Source: a virus
Lineage: Duplodnaviria > Heunggongvirae > Uroviricota > Caudoviricetes
IMG/VR virus record: IMGVR_UViG_3300044796_000394
Reading direction: 5' to 3' (one strand)
Length of the DNA: 64,000 nucleotides
The notes beneath the pieces were generated by a model. The model was given only the letters and a program-made list of their open reading frames with translations, had not been told where the DNA came from and ran no database searches. Positions 8,993-18,180 of the stretch are shown here, in pieces (within the stretch, counting starts at the first letter, position 1; each line of letters opens with the position of its first letter). The position numbers were made by a program, and so were the translations under genes.

Positions 8993-10155
8993 TCCATTAC
9001 CTTTTGTTTATAGCTTAAAGTTATCAAGAGTAATCCGCCGAAACCCACTGACATAAACAAACCAACCATTTGCCAGTGAGTCAAAAAGTGTCCTATTGTT
9101 ACAGACAATGAACCAAACATAATTCCCAATCTACAGAAAACATTGCCGATTGCCATGTAGGAACTTCTGGCATCAGAGGGAATCATGTCAGCCATCAACG
9201 CTTGTTCTGACGGTACCATTACCAATTCGCCCATTGTAGCAATCGCCATTAACAAAATCAATATCCACAAGCAATGGCTGAATCCTGCCATCAAAGACAT
9301 TGCTACAATCAGTACACTTCCGCCAATATAGAGAACCTTGCGGTGATTGGTATTTTTGATCAAGTAGGAAGAAACGATCCCTAACAAAACGACCAACAAA
9401 GTATTTTCTGAAATCAATAAAGTGTAATTGAATAAACTACCTTCGGCGGCACACTTAACTGCCAAGTAGTTTCTGACTTGAAATTCAACAGAGCCGAGGA
9501 AAGCGGCCCCCAAACTGAAAAAGACGAACCGGCGGTCTTTCAAGATAGCCAAATAGTTCTTAACCATATTGTGCTTGGGTTCCGTACCAGCATAGAGTTC
9601 TTTGATGAAGAACTTCAACAGGCACCACGACAAGACAGCCCCTATAGCCATCATCATCATCAAAAGAAATTTGTATTCCAGAAACAGCAATCCGCCTACG
9701 AGACTGCCGCATAGGAACGCCAAATTGTGAAGCCAGTACTGTAGTCCGTAAACGAACTTGCGATCCTTTTCATCCGTAGCATCCAACGTCATTGCTTGTG
9801 AAGCAGGTGCCGAGAAGCCGAATAGGATCGCATTGAGAGAACTGCAAAGTAGCGTAACAACCGGCCACTCGACCAAGTAGTTCGCATAAGCCATACAGCT
9901 GAAAGAAAAGATTTGAATGGTCGTTGTAAACATTAACAGTTTGCGACGACCGAGTTTATCAGAGAGATGTCCGCCGTAGAAACCAGCGATTGAACCCATA
10001 GCGACGTTAACTGTAGTCAATATCCCCGACCACACTTCGCCGAAATGTTGGGCGTAGTAAATGATCATGAACGGAAAAACCATACAACCGAGCAAACAGT
10101 TAACAAACGACTCGAACAACCGTAATTTGATATTACGGTGCAGGGAACGGAACAT
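8989..10155 (-). CDS. Major facilitator superfamily transporter
   Basis: MFS motif A GHLSDKLGRRKLL, about 12 hydrophobic segments, 388 aa. Confidence 0.9.
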   Translation of the reverse strand: MFRSLHRNIKLRLFESFVNCLLGCMVFPFMIIYYAQHFGEVWSGILTTVNVAMGSIAGFYGGHLSDKLGRRKLLMFTTTIQIFSFSCMAYANYLVEWPVVTLLCSSLNAILFGFSAPASQAMTLDATDEKDRKFVYGLQYWLHNLAFLCGSLVGGLLFLEYKFLLMMMMAIGAVLSWCLLKFFIKELYAGTEPKHNMVKNYLAILKDRRFVFFSLGAAFLGSVEFQVRNYLAVKCAAEGSLFNYTLLISENTLLVVLLGIVSSYLIKNTNHRKVLYIGGSVLIVAMSLMAGFSHCLWILILLMAIATMGELVMVPSEQALMADMIPSDARSSYMAIGNVFCRLGIMFGSLSVTIGHFLTHWQMVGLFMSVGFGGLLLITLSYKQKVME

Positions 10156-10199
10156 CTCAAGCCTCTAGTTATATATGATTTACTAAAATAACATATAAC

Positions 10200-10556
10200 T
10201 TACTTGACATCAAGATAGAAAACTTCACGGGCAGTTTGTTCAAAAATCTTTTGTGCTTCTTGAAAACCTAATCGACTGTTAAATCCACCAGTGAATAATG
10301 GTCCAGCAGGTCTTTCATCAGAAGAACTTCGAAGAGAGTGTTGCTTGGCTTCAATCGTAAAAAAGTTAACAGGTAGTGGATCGTCTGTCAGATAATAACT
10401 TATCTGATACGTTTCCGAAAACAGGCTTCGTGCTGTTCTAACTGAATCCAACAAAACGTACTTAGTAGTTCCGTTGAAATCAATCACGGGTGCAGAAGAC
10501 AGATATGCGGCCACTTGATTGCGAAAATTTTTCATTCTAATGTTTTTTGATGACAA
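10200..10556 (-). CDS. hypothetical protein
   Basis: ORF in a packed run. The start is uncertain. Confidence 0.5.
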   Translation of the reverse strand: MSSKNIRMKNFRNQVAAYLSSAPVIDFNGTTKYVLLDSVRTARSLFSETYQISYYLTDDPLPVNFFTIEAKQHSLRSSSDERPAGPLFTGGFNSRLGFQEAQKIFEQTAREVFYLDVK

Positions 10557-10744
10557 AGCTTTTCAAGATTGTATTCTTTTATTCGTTTGGCCTCATCGAC
10601 AACTTTCCTAATCTCTTCAATTAAAAACATTGTTTCTTGAATATGATGCTTCTCTAATTCGTGGTATCGCTCTTCCCACGATTTATCTGGGTTCATCTTG
10701 TACGGAACAACCTTAATCCATTTATAACCTGAATAGTCTGACAT
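10532..10744 (-). CDS. hypothetical protein
   Basis: 70-aa ORF in a packed run. Confidence 0.5.
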   Translation of the reverse strand: MSDYSGYKWIKVVPYKMNPDKSWEERYHELEKHHIQETMFLIEEIRKVVDEAKRIKEYNLEKLCHQKTLE

Positions 10745-10751
10745 ATTAATC

Positions 10752-11135
10752 TCAAAGTGGTGGAATATAAAATGGGTTGCCGCTCAACAATCCCTTTGCT
10801 ACCGATTTAGTCTTTGATTCTTTGTACGACAACAACCAGTTTTCTTCATCAAGCTTCTTCATGGAAGTATTGAAAAATTCCCATGCCTCAATCGTATTGT
10901 CATAATGATCAACATTACGCAAAACGCCCGATGAAACATCAATTTCATTTAGAGTGTTAGAAAAACTTAAGGTAATCTTATCGGAAATAGGCACTTCAAT
11001 TGGGCCATAATCCGTAGCAACTAACATGTATGGAAAAACCGGCCTATGACTGATCTTGACATACATTTCAGGAAGACTAATACTTCCATGCTGATTACGG
11101 CCTTCAAACTTCCAGCGAAATTTTTTCTTTATCAT
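10752..11135 (-). CDS. hypothetical protein
   Basis: 127-aa ORF with a 4-nt overlap to the upstream gene. Confidence 0.55.
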   Translation of the reverse strand: MIKKKFRWKFEGRNQHGSISLPEMYVKISHRPVFPYMLVATDYGPIEVPISDKITLSFSNTLNEIDVSSGVLRNVDHYDNTIEAWEFFNTSMKKLDEENWLLSYKESKTKSVAKGLLSGNPFYIPPL

Positions 11136-11350
11136 TTTAACTTAACATTAGAGTTGGTTTCAATCCAAACGTGCGCACCACATTTCAACGGCTTGTCTGG
11201 GCTATAAATAATTCTACAAGGACCATCAATAATGACTTCTTTGGCATAATCATTTGATTTATAAGTTTTGACTGTAATCACCGGATCTTTCAATCCGGCT
11301 TTTCTGTTTTTCTTGATAAGATGTTGGTTAACGTGTATGATTTTTTTCAC
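11132..11350 (-). CDS. small conserved phage protein
   Basis: The pattern IHVNQH.I..N...PVITVK...YSPDKPL.CGA.VWIET is one I recall from large myophage genomes. Confidence 0.6.
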   Translation of the reverse strand: MKKIIHVNQHLIKKNRKAGLKDPVITVKTYKSNDYAKEVIIDGPCRIIYSPDKPLKCGAHVWIETNSNVKLK

Positions 11351-12758
11351 TTGATTTCACTCATTTGTAACATTGCCTCTTCAACATAAGGTCTTGAGGA
11401 GAATCTGGTTTTGAGGGTTTTTCCACCACGGGCTTCGCTGAGAAATCGTGCGAAAATCAAACCGTGCTTGATAGGGTCAACGTCGGTAATGCCTAAGACG
11501 TAGTTGCAAAGAGAAGCAACACCACTACCACGACCCGGCCCGACCGCTTCGTGTCCGGTACCCCATCCAAGATATGAGGGGCAAACCCGTCTCGCTTCAT
11601 CCGTGAACATCTTTTGAATGAGGAAGTAACTCGCAAATCCCTTGCGGATAATTAACTCCATCTCTTCCATTGCCCGCATCCAGTAAACCCGCTTGTTCAT
11701 CAAGCCACGCCATTTCATCCCCTGTGTGACGGCTTCTTTGAACTTCTCTTTTTCATCAGCAATGAAGGGTAGTTTGCTTTCCCTGTCAATCTCTACCCCT
11801 CTTGCCTTCTCACATATACGAACGCTATTCCTCTTGGCTTCCTCGAACATTTCAAGAGGAATAACATCCGAATACATTTGCTCCCACTTCTCGTTCAATT
11901 CATCTTCCGACTTCATCCATAGATTCGTGTCCTGCAGTTCAAAAATGTCAGCCTTCTCATCCGCCGCCAACTTTTTCTCAATGTCAGCAATCGTCGTCTG
12001 CTTTTGAATCATCAACATGTATCGCTGGTATTTGCTGTCCGCTTTGTCGCAATAGTGGCAATCCTGCGTCAGAACCAGTGGAATGCCGTACTTTTGATGG
12101 GCTTCAATCAACCATTTGTCGTAGGGTTTCTGTTTGACGAAATCCAGCAACATGAGTTCGAGGTAGAAATTCTTCCCGAACATTTCCATGTATAACTTTA
12201 ACTTTTCTTCCGCCTTATGGCCCGCATGGACAACATCGCCATTACTTGCAACCAAACCTCTATCAAATGCTTGTCCAATCTCACCAATATAACAACATGA
12301 GGAAAACGTTACGCCTTCCTTATGCTTTAAGATTTGTTCGTGAGTCACCCGTGGGTATCTATAATATCCGTTTGCCCATCCCCAACTTGATAATTGAACA
12401 AGGTTCTTATATCCAGTTAAGTTGTGGGCGACGGCGAGGAGGTGATAGCTTTTCTTATGCTCTTTGAATTCTTCGGGCGACATCGCCTTACGTTCATCTT
12501 CATCATTTGTGTGCTTATTTTGAACGTACAGTTCAATGCCATAAATGGGCGATAACGAGTGTCCCGACTGACTCATCTCGTCGCAGGCCCGGATTTGACG
12601 GGGTACAGAACCCATCATGCCGTGGTCTGTGATACACAAATAATGTTGGTCTATTTCTTTGGATCGCTTTGCATATTCCTCTACTTTTGCATAGCCATCC
12701 AATAAAGAAAATCCGAATGTCGATGAACATGCTCAAAGCCTGTTTTATTAAATTTCAT
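11347..12758 (-). CDS. dnaE: DNA polymerase III alpha, N-terminal half (PHP domain plus start of palm). It needs a -1 frameshift near codon 17 and lacks the catalytic PDID region.
   Basis: SD GGAGGT plus ATG 12758 gives MKFNKTGFEHVHRHSDF. The -1 frame continues SLLDGY...ITDHG...GIELY...GYKNL...TQDCHY...GPGRGSGVASL...FARFLSEAR, then a short tail and stop at 11347. Confidence 0.9.
12659..12714 (-). promoter_or_regulatory. Candidate -1 programmed ribosomal frameshift signal (slippery heptamer plus hairpin)
   Basis: G_GAT_TTT (12714-12708), a 5-nt spacer CTTTA, then TTGGATGGCTATGCA / 14-nt loop / TGCAAAGCGATCCAA (12702-12659), with 13 of 15 positions pairing. Confidence 0.65.
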
Positions 12759-13588
12759 GACGTACCTCCCATTCTTTTTAAGTTCTTAATATAATTTTCA
12801 TAGTCTGCTTTATCGTATTTGGCATTTTTTTTAGCGTTATCGCTTGATGACAATGGTTGAAGATTTGACAAATCATTAATGATTTTCAAATTCCAAACGC
12901 CATGATCAATAAACGCTTTGACGGGAATGATGTGATCAAGATGCCAATCACCATCTTTAACACTTAACCAATTGGGATGACTTTCGATGTGATCTTTGAG
13001 TTGTCGCCAATCATAACCCAACAATTCCAAAGTTCTAGCTGCTTTTTTCTTGCCAGTATACTTCAATGCATGAGTCAATGCTTTATGACAACGATCTTTG
13101 AAACTCATTTCAAGTGCTAATGCTTCTCTGTCTTCCCGCCATTGGTAATTATTTTTACCAGTTATACGAATTCTTTGACACTCTTTACATCGTCTTCCAC
13201 GCTGAAAATTATTCCATCTAATTATGGAATCGGTGCCACAAACACAAGTATATCTCATCAATGTTTGAGAGTCAATATATTCTTTTTCTAATAACTTACA
13301 GCCTTGTGAAACAAAATAGTCATGAACATACTCATGTGTCAAACCTCTTGTTTCTTTTAGTTTTTGAGCTATTTTTTTAAAGCCGCATTTTCTACAACGA
13401 TTACCTCGTTTAAAACTATCTAAAACGATCTTACTGGTATTGCCGCAACTACATCGATAATTTAAAGGCGTGCGAGCATTCTTGTACTCTTCATCTAATA
13501 ATTCGCACCCTTGATCCGCAAAAATTTGTTTGACATGTTCGTAGGAAAACTTTAACTTGTCTGCTGTTTTTTCATATCTTGTCTTCAC
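12755..13588 (-). CDS. HNH homing endonuclease with Cys-rich repeats
   Basis: Two QGC.LL..EY...Y.C.CG...F.RG.RC..C repeats and a C-terminal WHLDHIIPV...NLQPL...N..KN. Its stop overlaps the dnaE ATG (ATGA). Confidence 0.85.
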   Translation of the reverse strand: MKTRYEKTADKLKFSYEHVKQIFADQGCELLDEEYKNARTPLNYRCSCGNTSKIVLDSFKRGNRCRKCGFKKIAQKLKETRGLTHEYVHDYFVSQGCKLLEKEYIDSQTLMRYTCVCGTDSIIRWNNFQRGRRCKECQRIRITGKNNYQWREDREALALEMSFKDRCHKALTHALKYTGKKKAARTLELLGYDWRQLKDHIESHPNWLSVKDGDWHLDHIIPVKAFIDHGVWNLKIINDLSNLQPLSSSDNAKKNAKYDKADYENYIKNLKRMGGTS

Positions 13589-13845
13589 TCTATTATAACC
13601 ACTCCTTTGAAAACCTGAAAGGCTTGTGTGGAAGTAATCCTTTTTTCCAACTTAATAAAGAACGTGGTGTCGTCTGGCAAATTTTCATCTAAGATGAACT
13701 GCTTGATGACACTATACACTTTCTTCTTCAATAAATCATCATACGTTTGATCGACCATGAATCTAAAGCTTTTGTGCAAAGACGCATTCAGAGATTTGAT
13801 TCGTTTGGATCTGACCCACGTATTTTTCACTTTCATATTATTCAT
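13585..13845 (-). CDS. hypothetical protein
   Basis: 86-aa ORF in a packed run. Confidence 0.5.
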   Translation of the reverse strand: MNNMKVKNTWVRSKRIKSLNASLHKSFRFMVDQTYDDLLKKKVYSVIKQFILDENLPDDTTFFIKLEKRITSTQAFQVFKGVVIIE

Positions 13846-14092
13846 ACTTTTCTTTCAGAACCCGAACAGCATTCATGAACATCTTTGTGTTACGAGGATC
13901 ATCGCAAGCGTGATGCCAGACATTCAATAAGTCTTGGCGGTCTCTCCCTACGAGAAATCCCAATTGCTCATTGTAAAAATCCAATGCCGCACGCATATTT
14001 TCCGGATCGCTAATATCTGAATACCGCAATCCTTCTTCGTACACTGAAGTAGCAATATCTGCAAAAACTTCCAGCAACTCACTATTTTTCAT
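13838..14092 (-). CDS. hypothetical protein
   Basis: 84-aa ORF with a GGAG SD upstream. Confidence 0.6.
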   Translation of the reverse strand: MKNSELLEVFADIATSVYEEGLRYSDISDPENMRAALDFYNEQLGFLVGRDRQDLLNVWHHACDDPRNTKMFMNAVRVLKEKYE

Positions 14093-14175
14093 GGCAAGAA
14101 CTCCGGATGGTGAAAGAAATAAGCGGCCACTTAACTAACCGCTTATCATATAAGATAGATCGCCTATTTAGATTC

Positions 14176-15078
14176 CTACTCTTCAATTTTGTAAGGAATC
14201 AAAGGGAACTTCTTATCAAAGTCTTCAACGGCCTTTTTCTTGGGCATTGAAAGCAACTTTGTATCATCGACAGTCAAGTTTTTGAATGGCGTTGTATTCA
14301 GCACCTTTTCTTCTGGTACTTCAATAGAGTCATCCAAGATAAAATCTACTCCAGCTCTTTCCGCCCAACCCATGAGCCTTCGCATTGGAACGTACAATTG
14401 AAAGCCAACTCCAGCACTTCGGACGATCATACCAACATATTGGCCATCACTTTCACGGAACAAGCCGCCACCGGATGAACCGGGATATGCTGGTGCGGAA
14501 GTTTGATCAAAAACCGTATCATTCCTTACTCGTCCATATTGACTGACAAGACCATTCGTTAAGCTATTCGATCCTTGTTGCCCTAAGAGACTTCCGACAT
14601 GGAATACCTTCTGTCCGATGGGCAGAGGCTCTGGGTCTGTACAGAATGTTGTAGAATGCTTGAATACGTTTCTCTTGCGGACTCTGAGAAGTGCTAAATC
14701 TTCGCCGTGTTCGGCATCGCTGTATCGGATGACTTCGGCATTAAGTGCGATGTATCCGACCGATCTACCGTCTTCGTAGATTTCTTTGACAACCTTGGCA
14801 TCATCAAAAGTGACGATGTTTGGTTTTGGGGTTCGTTTGAGCGTTTCCAATACGTGTGCGCAAGTCAAGATGTAAGTAACACCGTCTCTGACTTTGACAA
14901 CACCGGAACCTTGCGAACTATCGGCATGAATTGTTACGCTGACATTTTGAAGGTGTGTTGGAATTTGTTCTGCTGTTAACTTCGGAACTTCAACTTTTGG
15001 AACTTTTGGGGGTTCATCGCCAAGTGTGAATAAACAACCACTCAATATTACCAAAGGAATTAAAAACCACTTTTTCAT
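14176..15078 (-). CDS. Trypsin-like serine protease, predicted lipoprotein
   Basis: Catalytic triad contexts TCAHV, DLALL and PGSSGGG. The N-terminus MKKWFLIPLVILSGC ends in the lipobox LSGC. Confidence 0.85.
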   Translation of the reverse strand: MKKWFLIPLVILSGCLFTLGDEPPKVPKVEVPKLTAEQIPTHLQNVSVTIHADSSQGSGVVKVRDGVTYILTCAHVLETLKRTPKPNIVTFDDAKVVKEIYEDGRSVGYIALNAEVIRYSDAEHGEDLALLRVRKRNVFKHSTTFCTDPEPLPIGQKVFHVGSLLGQQGSNSLTNGLVSQYGRVRNDTVFDQTSAPAYPGSSGGGLFRESDGQYVGMIVRSAGVGFQLYVPMRRLMGWAERAGVDFILDDSIEVPEEKVLNTTPFKNLTVDDTKLLSMPKKKAVEDFDKKFPLIPYKIEE

Positions 15079-15099
15079 AATTTTCCAAGAAATGAGAAT

Positions 15100-15129
15100 G
15101 CCAACGGGGGAGGTTAAGCCCCCGTTGGC
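15100..15129 (-). terminator. Probable intrinsic terminator after spoVR
   Basis: 11-bp inverted repeat GCCAACGGGGG/CCCCCGTTGGC with an 8-nt loop, followed by T-rich sequence on the minus strand. Confidence 0.7.
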
Positions 15130-15136
15130 GATTTTA

Positions 15137-16690
15137 TCAAACTGCTGGTTCGCCGACAGTCACCTGATCGTCCTTGCAGTAATACATGATCTGTTTTTCA
15201 TCCTTGTCTTTGGAAAGGATCGCACATGGCCCTCTCCAAATTGCGCTCAGCGCCCGCATGGTTTCCTTGGTCTTGGATGGGTGGAGTGTTCGTCCATCCC
15301 ATTCGTGTTCCATGAGGAAGATGCGTTGGCCTTTGTAGTTGGGTTCAACCAACTTGATCACGGGCAGGCCACGGTTAACATACTTCTGGATGAGCATCGC
15401 CTTGATCTTCTGAGCATCCCGCTCCATGATCTTGTAGGTACCATCAGGGAATTTCTTCCACTGATAGAATTGATGCTTGTCGCAGAATTCTTGGGTGAAG
15501 AATTCCGCCAGTGCGGTGACGTCGTTGTAGTGGCGACGGACTTCGAAAATCTTGTCGTGGCCGAGGCCGAGTTTCTTGTCCCACTTCGCCTTAACTTGTG
15601 CGTCTTCGCATTCATCCCATTCTTTGCCGAACTGTCCCTTGTTCCAACGTTCCTCAATGTCGGTGAGAAGCATGTATCCGAGTTTGTACGGGTTCATACT
15701 TGTCTTACCACCGAGAACACCGGCTTTGTGGGCGGCATACTCCACAATCCCGTCGTCTTTGGCGAGACCGTATTGAGCCATCATCTGACTATCGACTCTG
15801 GATGCCCAACCTTCGTTAAGCATCTTCGTCTGCCCTTGTGGGGCAAAGTACATTGCTTCTCGGTACATCATGCTGATGATGTCTTGTTGCCAAGGCTTCA
15901 ACGGGGCATGATCCTTGAGATAGCCGAAAATGTCCTTATCGGGCTTCTCAAACAATCCGATGCTCTTGCGGACTTCTTCATCCTTGATACGTCCGTATTC
16001 CGAGTCGATGTACTTCTGGTCGTTGATCCACTCTTCCATGTACTCATGTCCCTCTTGGACTTTGAGACGACGAGGATGTTCCACATGGCGGCGGACCGAA
16101 GGGATCGGGTCGTGCGAAATGCGGCGGTTCCAAGCTTTGGACGAGTCGATCAGCGTTTCCACCGACATGATGCGGTTGATGAAACGGTTAACATTTTCCT
16201 TGCCCCATTCCGCCGACAACTTGCGGATACGGGTACCGTGGTTCGCCAGTTCATTCATCATGTTCTGGGAAGTCTGGGAGAAGAAGATGTTGTTTTTGAA
16301 GAAGTCGTTGTGGCCGGTTGCGTGAGCAATAACAGTCACATGGTCAACCCACGTATTGGAGTCAAGACAGTAGATGTAGCACGGGTTCGTGTTAATCACC
16401 ATCTCGTAAATACGGTGCATGCCGTATTCGTATCCACGTGAGAGGTCTTCGTACTGTTCGCCGAACGACCAATGCGGGAAGCGGACGGGGAAACCGCCGT
16501 AAGCGGCCACTTCCGAGATACCGTCGTAGTCCAAGAATTCTACGACTGTGTCATAGAAGTCCAGACCCCAATCACGGCACGATTTGAGAATGCCGGGAAT
16601 TTCTTTCAGAATTTCGGGGGGAATCTTAACCCCCGGAATTGTATTGTCCCCTTTGAGTAGTTCAGGGGACTGCATCAGATTAGCAGCCAT
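15137..16690 (-). CDS. spoVR: SpoVR/YcgB family protein
   Basis: Motifs GFPVRFPHWSFG, IYEMVIN.NPC, VIAHATGHNDFFKNN, YF.PQ.QTKMLNEGWAS and NPYKLG, plus an AGAGGAG SD. Confidence 0.95.
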   Translation of the reverse strand: MAANLMQSPELLKGDNTIPGVKIPPEILKEIPGILKSCRDWGLDFYDTVVEFLDYDGISEVAAYGGFPVRFPHWSFGEQYEDLSRGYEYGMHRIYEMVINTNPCYIYCLDSNTWVDHVTVIAHATGHNDFFKNNIFFSQTSQNMMNELANHGTRIRKLSAEWGKENVNRFINRIMSVETLIDSSKAWNRRISHDPIPSVRRHVEHPRRLKVQEGHEYMEEWINDQKYIDSEYGRIKDEEVRKSIGLFEKPDKDIFGYLKDHAPLKPWQQDIISMMYREAMYFAPQGQTKMLNEGWASRVDSQMMAQYGLAKDDGIVEYAAHKAGVLGGKTSMNPYKLGYMLLTDIEERWNKGQFGKEWDECEDAQVKAKWDKKLGLGHDKIFEVRRHYNDVTALAEFFTQEFCDKHQFYQWKKFPDGTYKIMERDAQKIKAMLIQKYVNRGLPVIKLVEPNYKGQRIFLMEHEWDGRTLHPSKTKETMRALSAIWRGPCAILSKDKDEKQIMYYCKDDQVTVGEPAV

Positions 16691-16716
16691 TCGTAAGTCT
16701 CCTCTAAGGGTTGGGG

Positions 16717-17958
16717 TTAGGCGATTTCTTCGATCTTAACACTTTTCTTGCTGCTCTTGACACCTTTGCCGAGCAGTTCTTTCAGAGCGTTCTTGACGGC
16801 GGCGTCACGATTTTCTGGTGTGGAGAAGAAGTCCCAACCAGCATCCTTCGGACGATCAACCGACGTTGTGCGGACATGATCCGAGTACAACTTACCTTGC
16901 TCCAAAGACTTGTCCACAGCCGCCTTGAGTGTTTGCTCGTAGCTATAAGCCATGACTTGTGTGATGCCGAAAAGGTTAACCGCTTTCGGCCCCAAATCCT
17001 TCTGCAGCAACTTGATGAAGGTGCTGTTATCATTCATTTCGTTTTCGCCGTCACCGAAGTAGAAGGCGTAGATATTCCACTTGGCAGGATCGAACTTGCC
17101 CTTCGGCGAGATGAGCTTCTTCATCAAACGCAGAGCGGACGAACAACGAGTACCACCACCGTACCGCAAGTTGTAGAACACTTCTTGCGAAACTTCCTTG
17201 GCTTCCGTATCGTGCCACAGGTAGACGGATTCTGTCTTCTTGTAGAAGGTGCGAATCCAGAGGTCGAGCCACCAGCTAATATCGCTCACTACGTCGCACT
17301 TGTTAACATCCATCGAGCCGGAACCGTCTCGCATGAAGAAGATCACAGCATTGCTGCTAGGCTTCTTAATGATGTTGTATTGGCGATAGCGACGATCATC
17401 GTTGTTGGGGAGCAAGAGGGGAACGTTTTGATTGTACCCCAAGAGCGGGTGAAGCTCTTGCAAATTGCCTTGTGCGGCCATTCGCTTCATCGTTTGGCGA
17501 AGTGTTTTTCGCTTGTGGAGAAGTGCGTTCGGGCCAATCTTCGAGATGCCGTTATAAACGACTTTTTCATCTTCGAAGGTTTGGCTGGCTTTGGGTTGGA
17601 GATCAGGCAATTCCAATTCGTCTTTGAGCATCTTGACGATGTACTCAAGATCAACTTGAATGTTAATGCCTTCGGCGGGATCGTCCCCGGCATCGTGACC
17701 ATCCTTGCCCTTACCCTTGGCAGGATCTTTGCCGATAATATCGCCCGGCTTGCCCGGCCCACGACCTACACCATCTTGCGGCTTTCCGAAAGTGATGTGT
17801 GGGAGTTCAATGCGTGGGATCGTAATCCCGATTTTGCCGTTTTTACCACGTTGACGGAAGATTTGACCCGTCTTAATGAACTTCTTGAGTTCTTCGTTAA
17901 CCTTTCCGGAAACCGTATCACGGAATTCCTTGTGGTCTTCTTGGATGTTGTGCGATAT
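16717..17958 (-). CDS. yeaH: YeaH/YhbH (DUF444) vWA-domain protein with an apparent ATA start
   Basis: The frame extends 327 nt upstream of the track's ATG (SHNIQEDHKEFRD...IPRIELPHI.FG, then a Gly-rich linker). Motifs are DDRRYR, AVIFFMRDGSGSM (MIDAS), GGGT.CSSA and WNIY.FYFGDGEN. An in-frame TAA lies 4 codons before ATA 17958, with SD-like TAAGGTG. Confidence 0.9.
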   Translation of the reverse strand: MSHNIQEDHKEFRDTVSGKVNEELKKFIKTGQIFRQRGKNGKIGITIPRIELPHITFGKPQDGVGRGPGKPGDIIGKDPAKGKGKDGHDAGDDPAEGINIQVDLEYIVKMLKDELELPDLQPKASQTFEDEKVVYNGISKIGPNALLHKRKTLRQTMKRMAAQGNLQELHPLLGYNQNVPLLLPNNDDRRYRQYNIIKKPSSNAVIFFMRDGSGSMDVNKCDVVSDISWWLDLWIRTFYKKTESVYLWHDTEAKEVSQEVFYNLRYGGGTRCSSALRLMKKLISPKGKFDPAKWNIYAFYFGDGENEMNDNSTFIKLLQKDLGPKAVNLFGITQVMAYSYEQTLKAAVDKSLEQGKLYSDHVRTTSVDRPKDAGWDFFSTPENRDAAVKNALKELLGKGVKSSKKSVKIEEIA

Positions 17959-18136
17959 GGCAGCACCTTACTTTCTGTAGCTGGAATCAAATCATTTTTG
18001 GAACAGGATATTCACCAGCAAAATACCCATTCGCAGAACACCGTAATTGATACTTAACAAATTGATAGAAAGAAGATGATGCTTATGTGTTTATTTTAAC
18101 AATCAAAAATCAAAATGGAAGCGGAGTTAATTTGAT

Positions 18137-18171
18137 AAAAAACAGGGCAGTGGCCATTCCACTGCCCTGTT
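18137..18171 (-). terminator. Intrinsic terminator after prkA
   Basis: 13-bp stem AACAGGGCAGTGG/CCACTGCCCTGTT with a 5-nt loop and a T-tract on the minus strand. Confidence 0.8.
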
Positions 18172-18180
18172 CAATTACAT

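Noticed and set aside
12700-12702. TTG 12702 as the true dnaE start (ORF-track call)
   Set aside because: It would omit the metal-binding HxH of the PHP domain, which is encoded just upstream in another frame behind a perfect SD, and this TTG lies within a hairpin stem.
11347-13588. HNH gene as part of an intron or intein within dnaE
   Set aside because: The HNH ORF lies wholly upstream of the dnaE start, no upstream dnaE exon is evident, and there is no non-coding space for a ribozyme core.
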